Positions 19,645 through 29,280 of a stretch of DNA of 64,000 nt are shown here, one piece after another (within the stretch, counting starts at the first letter, position 1; every line of letters starts with the position of its first letter). The stretch spans positions 1,002 to 65,001 of the forward strand of contig CABMDC010000004.1 in the NCBI GenBank assembly GCA_902384795.1, given 5' to 3'. Position numbers and translations under genes: made by a program. The notes under the pieces were generated by a model. It saw only the letters and a program-made list of their open reading frames with translations. It had not been told where the DNA came from and searched no databases. Source of the stretch: Candidatus Gugararchaeum adminiculabundum. GTDB taxonomy: Archaea > Micrarchaeota > Micrarchaeia > Burarchaeales > Gugararchaeaceae.

Positions 19645-20829
19645 TCACAATTTCAGTTCGCTGGCTTTCTTTATTTTCCCCTTGAACTGGTCAACAACGG
19701 CATTCGGGTCCTTCAAACCATTCCCGGTGGTAACGCAAACGACTTTTTCCCCCTTGCTGATTTCGCCTGATTTCACCAGCTTCTGCAGACCGGCAATGGA
19801 AGCGGCGCTCGCTGGCTCGACAAAAATCCCTTCCCTGCTCGCAAGCAAAGACTGCGCCTCAAGAATTTCCTTGTCAGTAACCGAGAATATTTTCCCGCCG
19901 CTTTCCTTCAAAGCGCGCACGGTTTTCTTCCAATTGACCGGGTTTCCGATCCTGATGGCGCTGGCAATCGTCTCCGGGTGTTCCTCGGGAACGAACTTTC
20001 CGGTTTGCCAGAATTTCGCAACCGGGCTCGCGCCCTCGGCCTGCACCCCGATCATCTGCGGCAATTTCTTTACCATGTGATAGCGCTTGAACTCGACAAA
20101 TCCCTTCCAGATGGCCGCAATGTTCGCCGCATTCCCGACCGGCACAATGACCTTGTCAACCGCGCCAATCTGCTCTGCGATTTCAAAGCCAATGGTTTTC
20201 TGCCCCTCCAATCTGAACGGGTTCATGGAATTGAGCAAATACATTTTGCTGCTGTCCTTGCACATGTCCTCCACGGTTCTCATGGCATCGTCGAAGCTTC
20301 CGTCAACCTCGTAAACGCTTGCCCCGTAAACCAGCGCCTGGGCCAGCTTTCCAAATGCGATTTTCCCAGAGGGAATGAAAACAGTGGCTTCAATTCCCGC
20401 TTTTGCGCAGTAGGCAGCCATGCTCGCGCTCGTATTTCCGGTGGACGCACAGCCGACTTTTTTCGCGCCATACTCCAACGCCTTGGTGACTCCCAGCGTC
20501 ATTCCCCTGTCCTTGAAGGAGCCGGTCGGGTTCGCGCCCTCGTTCTTCACATAAACGTGCGAATCGGCAATGTGTAATTCCTTTGCCAGGTTCTTGCATT
20601 CGTAGCTCGGTGTGTTGCCTTCCTGGAGCGAAACGATTTTCGATTCGTCGTCAATGGGCAGGAGCCCGCGGTATTTCCAAATGCCGGGAAGCGCGATTTT
20701 GCTAAAGCTCTTCGCGTAGTTTATGTTCACATCAAGCAGGTCGTGGCATTTGTCGCAAACATAGCGGATTTCTTCCTTGTGGTAGGTGGCCCCGCAACTG
20801 ATGCACTGCAAGTGGTAATCCATAGGCAT
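19645..20829 (-). CDS. thrC: threonine synthase
   Basis: N-terminal zinc ribbon CISCG...CDKC, PLP-lysine motif NPTGSFKDRG, GNTSASMAAY, 394 aa. Confidence 0.9.
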   Translation of the reverse strand: MPMDYHLQCISCGATYHKEEIRYVCDKCHDLLDVNINYAKSFSKIALPGIWKYRGLLPIDDESKIVSLQEGNTPSYECKNLAKELHIADSHVYVKNEGANPTGSFKDRGMTLGVTKALEYGAKKVGCASTGNTSASMAAYCAKAGIEATVFIPSGKIAFGKLAQALVYGASVYEVDGSFDDAMRTVEDMCKDSSKMYLLNSMNPFRLEGQKTIGFEIAEQIGAVDKVIVPVGNAANIAAIWKGFVEFKRYHMVKKLPQMIGVQAEGASPVAKFWQTGKFVPEEHPETIASAIRIGNPVNWKKTVRALKESGGKIFSVTDKEILEAQSLLASREGIFVEPASAASIAGLQKLVKSGEISKGEKVVCVTTGNGLKDPNAVVDQFKGKIKKASELKL

Positions 20830-20908
20830 CCTTTTGGGAGAAACGGTTTTTTAAGCTGTCTATAACTTTAAATAGCGGAATTGCGCAATAAGAACGGGAG
20901 GTTGTTTT

Positions 20909-21757
20909 TTGGCAAAATCCAGAAAAGACGACGATCTAAAAAAAGACGATGACAAAGGCGACGAGCGCGGAACGAGTGTCGAAGACGCTGTCTCCAGGGG
21001 AAAGGATGCCACTGACAATTTGCGCCAAGCTTTAACCGATCAGATACTAACCGGGCTTAGGAGCGCGATTGCAAGCAGTGCGATTTCCATCTCAGTATTT
21101 GCTCAAATTGACAAGCTGATCGACGACCCAAATGCCAACCTAAAGCCAATCATCCCTCTGCTAGTCGAGAACCTTGCAAGCAAGAACCAGACCATTGCGC
21201 TCGAATCCCAAAAGCGAATCTCAAAAATAATCGAATTCAGGACCGACCGGGACAAATACCTCCCGGAACTCACGAAAGCCATTCCACAGACAGTTTTGAA
21301 CCTGGCGAATGGCGGTCCGGCCCTTTCTTTGAACTCACTTCACACTATCAGTGCGTTTGCACGGAAAACATCCGTTGATATCGGCGGAGCAATCCCGATC
21401 ATCGTACAGCGCGCCAAAAACAAGTTTGCGGCAAATGCTTCGGACTACCTTGGCGTTTTGACCGATGTGGCGTGTTTCAGGGGAAAACTCACCGATGCCG
21501 ATGCAGACAAGCTAGCCCGCGATGCATTGGACCCAAACACAGCCGTTTCTGGAAAAGCAATAAAGTGGATCACCAACTTGGCCAGCGGCAAAGGCGAAAT
21601 CGCCATGGTCCGCGGCATGAAAAACATGGAGGGCCTGGCAATAACCAAGGCCAAGCAGCCAGCTCCAAAGAAGGCGGAACCCAAGGCCGCCAAGCCGCCA
21701 GTCCAGCCCATTGCCGAAGCGAAGCACAGGAAAGAGAAAGAAGTCGTCCTGCACTGA
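20909..21757 (+). CDS. hypothetical protein (helical repeat-like)
   Basis: 282 aa, TTG start. Acidic/basic N-terminus, Lys/Pro/Ala-rich C-terminus, no specific motif. Confidence 0.5.
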   Translation: MAKSRKDDDLKKDDDKGDERGTSVEDAVSRGKDATDNLRQALTDQILTGLRSAIASSAISISVFAQIDKLIDDPNANLKPIIPLLVENLASKNQTIALESQKRISKIIEFRTDRDKYLPELTKAIPQTVLNLANGGPALSLNSLHTISAFARKTSVDIGGAIPIIVQRAKNKFAANASDYLGVLTDVACFRGKLTDADADKLARDALDPNTAVSGKAIKWITNLASGKGEIAMVRGMKNMEGLAITKAKQPAPKKAEPKAAKPPVQPIAEAKHRKEKEVVLH

Positions 21758-21803
21758 TTTTTCACACTGCTTTTTTAATTCTTTCAAGCCTAATTCTGCC
21801 TGT

Positions 21804-24230
21804 ATGTCATTGGAAAAGAATTACGGCAAGGAAGTCGAGCAATTCTGGCAGAAGAAATGGGAAGAGCAGGGAGTTTACAGTTTTGACGAGCAAGACGATA
21901 AACGGCCCGTTTATTCCATTGACACCCCTCCGCCTTTTACTAGCGGAGACCTGCACATGGGACACGTTCTTTCCTACGCCTATTTCGATTTCGCGGCGCG
22001 CTACAAGCGCATGCGCGGCTTCAATGTCTATTACCCTCAGGGCTGGGACTGCCAGGGATTCCCGACAGAAGTGAAAGTGGAGCAGAAATTCGGCAGGCTT
22101 CCTCCGGACCAGTTCAGGGCAAAGTGCGTTGAATGGACAACCCAGTTCATTGCGCGCATGCGCTCGCAAATGGTTTCCATGGGTTTCTCGCCTGACTGGA
22201 AGTATGAGTACCGGACAATGAATCCGGACTATCACCGCAGGGTGCAATTCTCGCTTCTGAAAATGTTCGAGAAGAATCTGGTTTACAAAAAAGAGCACCC
22301 GGTTTTCTGGTGCACCAAATGCGTGAGCGCAATCGCAAAAACCGACACCGAGGAAACAGAGCGCGACAGCGCATTGAATGATCTGAAATTTGAAATTGTT
22401 GAAACAGGCGAGCCGTTGGTGATAGCGACTACGCGCCCCGAACTGCTTCACGCCTGCGTTGCCGTGCTAGTGGCGCCGGATGATGCGCGCTACACAAAAC
22501 TATTGGCAAAAAAAGTCCATGTGCGCACCCCGTTCGGAAAAGAAGTTCCGCTTCTTGCTGACAAGGAAGTGGACAAGGAATTCGGCACAGGCGCGGTCAT
22601 GGTGTGCACTTTCGGCGACAAGCAGGATGTCATCTGGATGTACCGGCACAACCTTCCAATAATAAAGGCAATGAGCGAGCGCGGGAAACTGATGAATGCA
22701 GGCGAATTTGACGGGTTGAGCGTTGAAGATGCAAAAGTGAAAGTTCTTGAGAAACTGGAAAAGGAGGGAAAGCTCCTGAAAAAGAAGCCGCTCAAGCAAG
22801 TGATTAAGCTCCATGACAGGTGCAAAAAGCCGATTGAATTGATTTTGTCAAACCAATGGTTCGCAAAATTGGTGGGCGAGCAGCAAGCGAAAATCGTTGA
22901 GAACGCCAAGAAAATGCGCTGGATTCCTGAATTCGCGATTTCCTATTTGGAAGACTGGGCACAGTACGTTGAATGGGACTGGGTGATTTCACGCCAGCGT
23001 GTTTTTGGAACTCCGTTGCCTTTCTGGTACTGCAAAAAATGTGAGAAAGATTTTGCTGCGCGCGAAGACGAATTGCCATTTAACCCGCTCACCGCTAAAA
23101 AAAGAAATTGCGAAAAATGCGGAGACGAAATGGTGGCCGAAACATCCACCTGCGACTGCTGGATCGATTCATCCATCACCCCGCTGATTATTGGAAAATG
23201 GCCTGATGACGAGAAATTCCTAAAAAAAGTCTATCCCGCAACACTCCGGCCACAGGGGGTGGAAATCATCCGCACCTGGGCGTTCTACACCATATATAGA
23301 TGCGGCATTCTTACTGGAAAGCCCTGCTTCAAGGAGTTGCTGCTGAACGGAAATGTGCTTGCGCCAGACGGCAAAAAGATGAGTAAATCATTGGGGAACA
23401 TCATTGCACCCGACGAACTAATCACTAAGTACGGCGCCGATTCAGTGCGCCAATGGGCAGCGCTTTCAGGAGCAATGGCAAAGGACAGGCCGTTTTCATT
23501 CCAGGACATTCAGTATGCAAAGAGCTTCATTAACAAAGTCTGGAATGCCGCGAAGTTCATTGAGTTCGCGTGCAAAGTTGAAATTGTAGATGGAAAAGAA
23601 ACTGGCGGATACAAAGATGAGCCAATTGATGAAAAGAAATTACGTTTGGTTGACAAATGGATTCTGTCGCGCCTGAATGAAACAATCAAGCTTTCAACCG
23701 AGCATTTCGAAGATTACGATTACCGCCCAATCATGAGCGCAATCCAGACATTTTTCTGGCAGGAATTCTGCGACTACTATTTGGAGTACGTGAAATATCG
23801 CGTGTACGGCGATGTTGGCGAGGAGGAGAAAAAGCGCTCGCTCTACGTGATCAGGAAAGTTGTGCTTGAAACAATCAAGCTGCTTGCGCCATTCACTCCG
23901 CACATGAGCGAGGAAATTTACTCCAAAGTTTTTGGCGCAAAGGAATCGATTCACCGTGCAGCGTGGCCAACCTGCGATGCGAAAGCGATTGACCCGAAGG
24001 TGACTGAAAAAGCAATTGTGTGCAATACGCTCATCGCGCAAATCCGGCAATTCAAGGCCGATTCGAAACTGCCCCTGAATGCGGAGATCAACAGCGCAAT
24101 AATCCGGAGCAATGTCGACCTAAAGGATTTCGAGCAGGACATCAAGGCAACGGGCAGGATAAAGGAAATCGAGTTCAAGAAAGAGGACGGTCGGTCAACG
24201 GAGACCGGCCCGTCGGTAGAAGTTTTGTGA
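21804..24230 (+). CDS. valS: valine--tRNA ligase (class I aaRS)
   Basis: IDTPPPFTSGDLHMGH (HIGH), PQGWDCQGFPTEVKVE, IIRTWAFYTI and KMSKS are present. The start was trimmed to ATG 21804 because the track start overlaps the upstream gene. Confidence 0.8.
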   Translation: MSLEKNYGKEVEQFWQKKWEEQGVYSFDEQDDKRPVYSIDTPPPFTSGDLHMGHVLSYAYFDFAARYKRMRGFNVYYPQGWDCQGFPTEVKVEQKFGRLPPDQFRAKCVEWTTQFIARMRSQMVSMGFSPDWKYEYRTMNPDYHRRVQFSLLKMFEKNLVYKKEHPVFWCTKCVSAIAKTDTEETERDSALNDLKFEIVETGEPLVIATTRPELLHACVAVLVAPDDARYTKLLAKKVHVRTPFGKEVPLLADKEVDKEFGTGAVMVCTFGDKQDVIWMYRHNLPIIKAMSERGKLMNAGEFDGLSVEDAKVKVLEKLEKEGKLLKKKPLKQVIKLHDRCKKPIELILSNQWFAKLVGEQQAKIVENAKKMRWIPEFAISYLEDWAQYVEWDWVISRQRVFGTPLPFWYCKKCEKDFAAREDELPFNPLTAKKRNCEKCGDEMVAETSTCDCWIDSSITPLIIGKWPDDEKFLKKVYPATLRPQGVEIIRTWAFYTIYRCGILTGKPCFKELLLNGNVLAPDGKKMSKSLGNIIAPDELITKYGADSVRQWAALSGAMAKDRPFSFQDIQYAKSFINKVWNAAKFIEFACKVEIVDGKETGGYKDEPIDEKKLRLVDKWILSRLNETIKLSTEHFEDYDYRPIMSAIQTFFWQEFCDYYLEYVKYRVYGDVGEEEKKRSLYVIRKVVLETIKLLAPFTPHMSEEIYSKVFGAKESIHRAAWPTCDAKAIDPKVTEKAIVCNTLIAQIRQFKADSKLPLNAEINSAIIRSNVDLKDFEQDIKATGRIKEIEFKKEDGRSTETGPSVEVL

Positions 24231-24239
24231 GGTCCTGGT

Positions 24240-24794
24240 TTGCGGTCAATTATCTTCGTAACATCCAATAAACACAAAGTGACCGAAGCGCAAAGTATTT
24301 TAAAGCGCTTCTCTATAAATATTGTCCACAATCCGCTTTCTGTTAACGAGATTCGTTCAGAGAGTTGTGAAGATATCTCTTCGCGTTCTGCGGCAGAAGC
24401 TTACTCGAAGATTAGGCAGCCGCTTATCGTTGAGGACTCAGGGCTCTTCATCGAATGCTTGAACGGTTTCCCAGGAACCTACTCAGCGTGGGTCCTAAAG
24501 AAGCTGGAGCTGGACGGAATCCTCCGCCTTATGAAAGGCGAAGGGAAACGCTCGGCAAAATACATTTCAAGCGTCGCATTTGCCGACGAGAAAGGGGTCC
24601 GCGCGTTCACGGAAGAATGCGCAGGGGAATTAGCTGAAAAGGCCCGGGGAAACAAGGGGTTCGGCTATGATCCGCTGTTCGTCCCAAAAGGTTCGGAAAA
24701 AACCTTTGGCGAGGACGATGCACAGAAGAATGATGTTTCGCACCGCGCAAAGGCGCTGGTGAAATTCGGAGAATGGTTCCAGAAAAATAGGTGA
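24240..24794 (+). CDS. non-canonical purine NTP pyrophosphatase (RdgB/HAM1, ITPase)
   Basis: IIFVTSNKHKVTEA, EDSGL, GFPGTYSAW, GFGYDPLF and SHRAKA. Confidence 0.9.
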   Translation: MRSIIFVTSNKHKVTEAQSILKRFSINIVHNPLSVNEIRSESCEDISSRSAAEAYSKIRQPLIVEDSGLFIECLNGFPGTYSAWVLKKLELDGILRLMKGEGKRSAKYISSVAFADEKGVRAFTEECAGELAEKARGNKGFGYDPLFVPKGSEKTFGEDDAQKNDVSHRAKALVKFGEWFQKNR

Positions 24795-24805
24795 ATGGTG
24801 AATAA

Positions 24806-25261
24806 ATGGCAAGAATGCACTCAAAAAAGAGAGGAAAATCAGGCTCAAAAAAGCCAACCACACGGGAAGTTCCTGACTGGGTAGAATTCGCACCAGCGGA
24901 CGTGGAGAAAATGGTCGTTGACCTGGGGAATAAGGGCATGTCTTCGGCAACAATCGGCATGATTCTCAGGGACGAGCACGGAATCCCGAGCGTGAAGAAC
25001 ATCTGCAAAAAAGGCGTGACCAAGGTGCTCACAACCGGCGGGGTAAAAATCGAGTACCCCGAGGACCTGATGAGCCTCATCAAGAAAGCCGTTGGCATGA
25101 GAAAACACATCACCAAGAACAACAAGGATGCCAGCAACAAGACCAAACTAGTTCATGTTGAATCGAAAATCAGGCGGCTTGTGCTCTATTACACAAGAGT
25201 CGGAAGGCTTCCGGCAGACTGGAAGTACAACCCCGAGCAGGCCGCATTGATTGTGAAGTAA
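24806..25261 (+). CDS. rps15: 30S ribosomal protein S15 (uS15)
   Basis: MARMHSKKRGKSGSKKP N-terminus, 151 aa, archaeal S15P/S13e pattern. Confidence 0.93.
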   Translation: MARMHSKKRGKSGSKKPTTREVPDWVEFAPADVEKMVVDLGNKGMSSATIGMILRDEHGIPSVKNICKKGVTKVLTTGGVKIEYPEDLMSLIKKAVGMRKHITKNNKDASNKTKLVHVESKIRRLVLYYTRVGRLPADWKYNPEQAALIVK

Positions 25262-25309
25262 GTGAATAAGTGAATTGAAAAATTGAATTTGATTGATGGG
25301 TGAATTTAC

Positions 25310-25891
25310 ATGGCTGCACCAAGACGAGCGGTTGACAAATGGAAAATGAAGAAATGGTACAATGTAGTAGCGCCGGAGCTTTTCGAAAAGAAAACCATCG
25401 GCGAAATAATCTCCATTGAAGACGAGAACCTCCTTAACCGCAAGGTCAAGGCCTCCATGGCGGACCTAACCGGCGACATGGGCCAGGTCTACACCATGAT
25501 CACTTTCCGCGTAACCGATGTGAAGGGCGAGTCCGCGAACACGAAAATCGTGGGCCACGAGCTCTCGCGCAGCTATCTCCGCACGCTTGTGCGCAGAAGG
25601 AAGAACATCATCCGCCAGGTGCAGGATGTCAAGACAAAGGATAACGCTACCGTAAGGCTGAAAATCAGCGCGCTGACGCAAACCCGCGTAAGCGATGTGG
25701 TGAAACAGGCCCTAAGAAGGGCTTTGGTTGATGAAATCGCCGTTGCCACAAAAGACATGAATTACGAGGAAATCGAGCGCGACGTGATTTACGGAAAGCT
25801 TTCAGCCAAACTGTTCAACAAGCTCAAGAAAATCGCCCCAGTGAAAAGGGTCGAGGTTCACAAGAGCGAGCTGCTTGAGCAGTTCAACTAA
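25310..25891 (+). CDS. rps3ae: 30S ribosomal protein S3Ae (eS1)
   Basis: VDKWKMKKWYNVVAPELF N-terminus, 193 aa. Confidence 0.93.
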   Translation: MAAPRRAVDKWKMKKWYNVVAPELFEKKTIGEIISIEDENLLNRKVKASMADLTGDMGQVYTMITFRVTDVKGESANTKIVGHELSRSYLRTLVRRRKNIIRQVQDVKTKDNATVRLKISALTQTRVSDVVKQALRRALVDEIAVATKDMNYEEIERDVIYGKLSAKLFNKLKKIAPVKRVEVHKSELLEQFN

Positions 25892-25931
25892 ACTCAACTG
25901 AACCCAACTGCTTTTAGCTTTTTTCTCCGAA

Positions 25932-26468
25932 ATGATTACTGGAGGCATTTTCATCACACTGCAAATCGGAGTAATCGGTTCGGGCGCGACAACTGACAAG
26001 AAAGTGCTAGCGCTCGCAAAAAGCGTGGGCGAGGAAATCGCCAAGAACAACGCAATTCTAATCACAGGTGGAATCGCAGGGGTCATGGAAGCGGCGAGCT
26101 TCGGGTGCGCGACCGCGAAAGGGCTTTCCATTGGCGTCATTCCAACCAGCAACAAGCAGCACGCGAACAAATACTGCCATGCGGTCATCTGCACCGCCAT
26201 GGGCCTCGCGCGCAACGCGCTCATTGCCTCGTCCAGCGATGGTTTAATAGTGATAGGCGGCGAGGCCGGAACACTCAGCGAAATGTGCCTTGCCTGGCAA
26301 ATGGACCGCCCCATAGTAGCAATCAAGGGAAGCGGCGGATTCGCGGACCAGTTCGCAGGAAAGAAAATGGATTCGCTCAGGGACAATGGGATTATAATTG
26401 AATCCGCTCCAACTCCTCAGGAAGCAGTAAATTTATTGATAAGATTGATTCGCGAGAAAGGCGATTAA
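25932..26468 (+). CDS. TIGR00725/LOG-like (SLOG) family protein
   Basis: IGVIGSG, ITGGIAGVMEAA and GGEAGTLSE motif series, 178 aa. Confidence 0.75.
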   Translation: MITGGIFITLQIGVIGSGATTDKKVLALAKSVGEEIAKNNAILITGGIAGVMEAASFGCATAKGLSIGVIPTSNKQHANKYCHAVICTAMGLARNALIASSSDGLIVIGGEAGTLSEMCLAWQMDRPIVAIKGSGGFADQFAGKKMDSLRDNGIIIESAPTPQEAVNLLIRLIREKGD

Positions 26469-26503
26469 TTTAATTTTGAAACTAAAGTTAAACAGGTGAT
26501 TGA

Positions 26504-26842
26504 ATGATTCCAGGAATGGGTGGAATGGATCCAAGGCAAATGGCGCGCATGATGAAGCAGATGGGCATCAACTCGCGCGAAATCAAGGCCAAGCGCGTGG
26601 TGATCGAAGGTGAGGATGGCACTAATTTGATAGTTTCCCAGCCAAGCGTGACTGAAATTGACATGCAGGGGCAAAAATCGTTCCAGGTTGCCGGGAACAT
26701 CAGCGAGGAAACAGCCATAAGCAAGGAAGACATCGAATTGGTCTGCGAGCAGACGGGCTGCGGTAAAGCTGACGCTGAAAACGCAATTAAGGACGCGAAC
26801 GGCGACATCGCCGAAGCGATTCTCAAGCTGAAGAAGGAATAA
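26504..26842 (+). CDS. nac: nascent polypeptide-associated complex protein (NAC)
   Basis: GMDPRQMARMMKQMGI, a NAC beta-barrel segment, and a C-terminal UBA-like ENAIKDANGDIAEAILKL. Confidence 0.9.
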   Translation: MIPGMGGMDPRQMARMMKQMGINSREIKAKRVVIEGEDGTNLIVSQPSVTEIDMQGQKSFQVAGNISEETAISKEDIELVCEQTGCGKADAENAIKDANGDIAEAILKLKKE

Positions 26843-26944
26843 CGGAAAAGCGGGCGCAGACAGCAAAGGAAAGCGAACACCGGGCGTAGTTAGTAATTAA
26901 TGTCTACCTATGGTATTTTAAATTTGGGACAGCAATAATCAGAC

Positions 26945-27844
26945 ATGGCGATCTCCGCAAGACAGACTCCAAAAGATTTCGTTTCTTCGCAGAAAAAAAC
27001 TTTTCCGCAGGATTCACTGCAACCCTCCAGCGGCATTGCCGGAGCGTCTTTTTATGGTGCTTCCAAGGTTTCCATCTCCCTAAGCGCAGTGCCCTATCTG
27101 GCCGCCCAGTGGGGCTTAGACCAATCCGAAATCAAGAGAATGATAGACAATAAGGAACTGGAACTCTGCATGGACTTTAACGGCTCTTATGCCCGGCTTT
27201 ATTCCACCCAGGCATCGCCCCCTCCGCCAGTCTGGCTTGTTTCCTTAACCTGCCTAAGGTCAAAGGTGGCCTTTACAGACGAAAGTTCATTGCTGGCGAA
27301 AAAAGCCGAGCCTTTCCTGCCGATTATTTCCTGCAATCCATACGAAAATGGAAAACTGTTCTATTTCATTCCTGTGGACAGGTTGGCCATAAGCATGCTG
27401 GAGTTTTTTGATTCCAGCGCTCACGTAGTATCAGTCTCAGATCCCGGGCAGATCAAGGAACTGCTGGGATTGCCCAAGAAATTTGACCTGGAAAAAGCGA
27501 TTAGGCGAGGGTTGCTGCGGGTCAATCTCAACCTGCTTGAAATCTATGGCAAAGAAACGGAAGTGGGGGTTATCCTGCCCAGGGAAGCCGCCAAGCTAGT
27601 CGGTTTCAACCTGTGCACCTTTGCCAGAAGGGTTGAAGAGGAAAGCGGAGTGTTGCTGATAAAAGTGGACAAGCCCTACGGAAAAAACACTGCGCAGCGT
27701 TACGTCGCTGCAAATATAACCGCACTTAAAGCCGAATTACAAAAACCAAGAGAGCCAAAAAAAAGGAGAATGGCGCGGCTGTTCAAGCGGTGCCAAAGGA
27801 CGAAACACCCGAATCCAGGCTGTTTCGCATTAGGGGCGATTTAA
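26945..27844 (+). CDS. hypothetical protein; possibly the 5' part of a frameshifted gene
   Basis: 299-aa orphan ORF. It contains the slippery tract cc-A-AAA-AAA-agg at 27757-27764, in the X-XXY-YYZ register. After the tract it reads an Arg/Lys-rich junk-like tail. Confidence 0.55.
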   Translation: MAISARQTPKDFVSSQKKTFPQDSLQPSSGIAGASFYGASKVSISLSAVPYLAAQWGLDQSEIKRMIDNKELELCMDFNGSYARLYSTQASPPPPVWLVSLTCLRSKVAFTDESSLLAKKAEPFLPIISCNPYENGKLFYFIPVDRLAISMLEFFDSSAHVVSVSDPGQIKELLGLPKKFDLEKAIRRGLLRVNLNLLEIYGKETEVGVILPREAAKLVGFNLCTFARRVEEESGVLLIKVDKPYGKNTAQRYVAANITALKAELQKPREPKKRRMARLFKRCQRTKHPNPGCFALGAI

Positions 27845-28368
27845 ACGCTAAATTAAGCGAAGAAACCCCACCGACATCAACTTTCAGAAATGAAATCAAT
27901 CCTAACGTGGTTCTCATCTGCATGCTGGCAAAGGACCCGGAAGCCAGCCTCGGTTTCCTTCTTTCCGATGATGCGCGGAAGAACTATAACCGTCCGCTCA
28001 CCCTGTTCGAGGATGTTGCCTGGCAGACCAGGGTTTTTTCCGAGCAAGGCGAGATTATCCGCAAGCTTCCGGCCGAAGGCGATCTGGACGGCAAGGTTGC
28101 CGCGTACGCGGTCGTGGGTTCTGCGCAAGATTTTTTTGCTAAGTTGTCCCGGCTAGAAATGCCGGAAGCAATCCCGGAAACCGAGTTCTTCCGCTGGTTC
28201 AACCCGGAAAAAAACAGGTTCGAGCTGCTGACTCTTGTTCCAAGAAGCAAGGATGGCGGCATCAATATCGAGAAACTCGTTCCCCTGTTTGTTGAGGCAA
28301 GGAACAACGAATTCGCAAAATCAGTCAGGAAGTTTCTCGTCCTGCCCCCTGCCAAGGAAAAAAGCTAA
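27790..28368 (+). CDS. hypothetical protein; possibly the 3' part of the same gene (-1 frame)
   Basis: This frame is open from 27730, upstream of the A8 tract. The only start is GTG 27790, with no SD or TATA. It overlaps the upstream ORF by 55 nt. Confidence 0.5.
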   Translation: MPKDETPESRLFRIRGDLNAKLSEETPPTSTFRNEINPNVVLICMLAKDPEASLGFLLSDDARKNYNRPLTLFEDVAWQTRVFSEQGEIIRKLPAEGDLDGKVAAYAVVGSAQDFFAKLSRLEMPEAIPETEFFRWFNPEKNRFELLTLVPRSKDGGINIEKLVPLFVEARNNEFAKSVRKFLVLPPAKEKS

Positions 28369-28385
28369 AGAAAGAGCGGGTTTAG

Positions 28386-29267
28386 CTATCTTTTTCCCTT
28401 TTCATTTCTAGCGTCTTCTTTCGCATCTCTTGCATCTTCTTTTTTCTTTTCAGCGGTCGCGTCCGAATCTCTTTTCGCCTTTTTAATCGCTTCAAATTCC
28501 TTTTTCGAGTCCTTTTTCACGCCGAATTTCTTGAAGCAGAAGCAGATATTTTTCACATCCCTCTCTACGAATTCCATGAATTTGTGGTGCGAATCCACAA
28601 CTCCTTGCCCGCAGTCAATCAAAACAGGAACAGCCGGCTCGCCAGGCTTTGGCGAATGCATGAGAATATTGAATTCGCTCAAATCAGCGTGCACGAATCC
28701 GCGCACATACATTTTCTTTATGTAATCCAGAATTATTTCGCAGTCTTTCTCAGGGTTTTCGGTCCCATTCTGCCTAAGGGTGGAATCAGGCACGCCATTT
28801 TCTCCAATGAATTCCATCACCAGCACGTTTCTTTTCACAGCAATCGGCTTTGGGCACCGCACTCCGCACTCCTGAATAATTTTCAGATTCTTGAATTCCT
28901 TGCTCGCCCATTCCTCAACAATGCTTCTTTTGTTCCCGTGAATCCCGTCAAATCTCCTGTCCCCTTGCATGTAATCCATCATGTTCAGGAAACCGCTGGT
29001 GTCAATCCTGAAAATTTTCACTGCAGCAAATTCCCCGCCTTCCAGAGTTGCACGAAAAACATCCGCTTCCTTTCCGGTTGAAACAGGGTAGTCAACGCTC
29101 AGCATTACCTCGTCCTTGATCATTTTGGACAGCACGTGCATTGTCTGGCTGTCAAAAACAGAGGACTCGGTCTTATTTTCTATCTTTCGCCTTCTCTTCT
29201 GTTTCAGTTCCTTGGGGTTGAATTTTTCCTGAGAATATTCTTCTTCCAAAACTAGCCACCCAAACAA
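28386..29267 (-). CDS. rio1: RIO-type serine/threonine protein kinase (Rio1-like)
   Basis: STGKEADVF, VHADLSEFNIL and IDCGQGV. Lys/Glu/Asp-rich C-terminal tail. Confidence 0.85.
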   Translation of the reverse strand: MFGWLVLEEEYSQEKFNPKELKQKRRRKIENKTESSVFDSQTMHVLSKMIKDEVMLSVDYPVSTGKEADVFRATLEGGEFAAVKIFRIDTSGFLNMMDYMQGDRRFDGIHGNKRSIVEEWASKEFKNLKIIQECGVRCPKPIAVKRNVLVMEFIGENGVPDSTLRQNGTENPEKDCEIILDYIKKMYVRGFVHADLSEFNILMHSPKPGEPAVPVLIDCGQGVVDSHHKFMEFVERDVKNICFCFKKFGVKKDSKKEFEAIKKAKRDSDATAEKKKEDARDAKEDARNEKGKR

Positions 29268-29280
29268 CTGCCATCCATCC

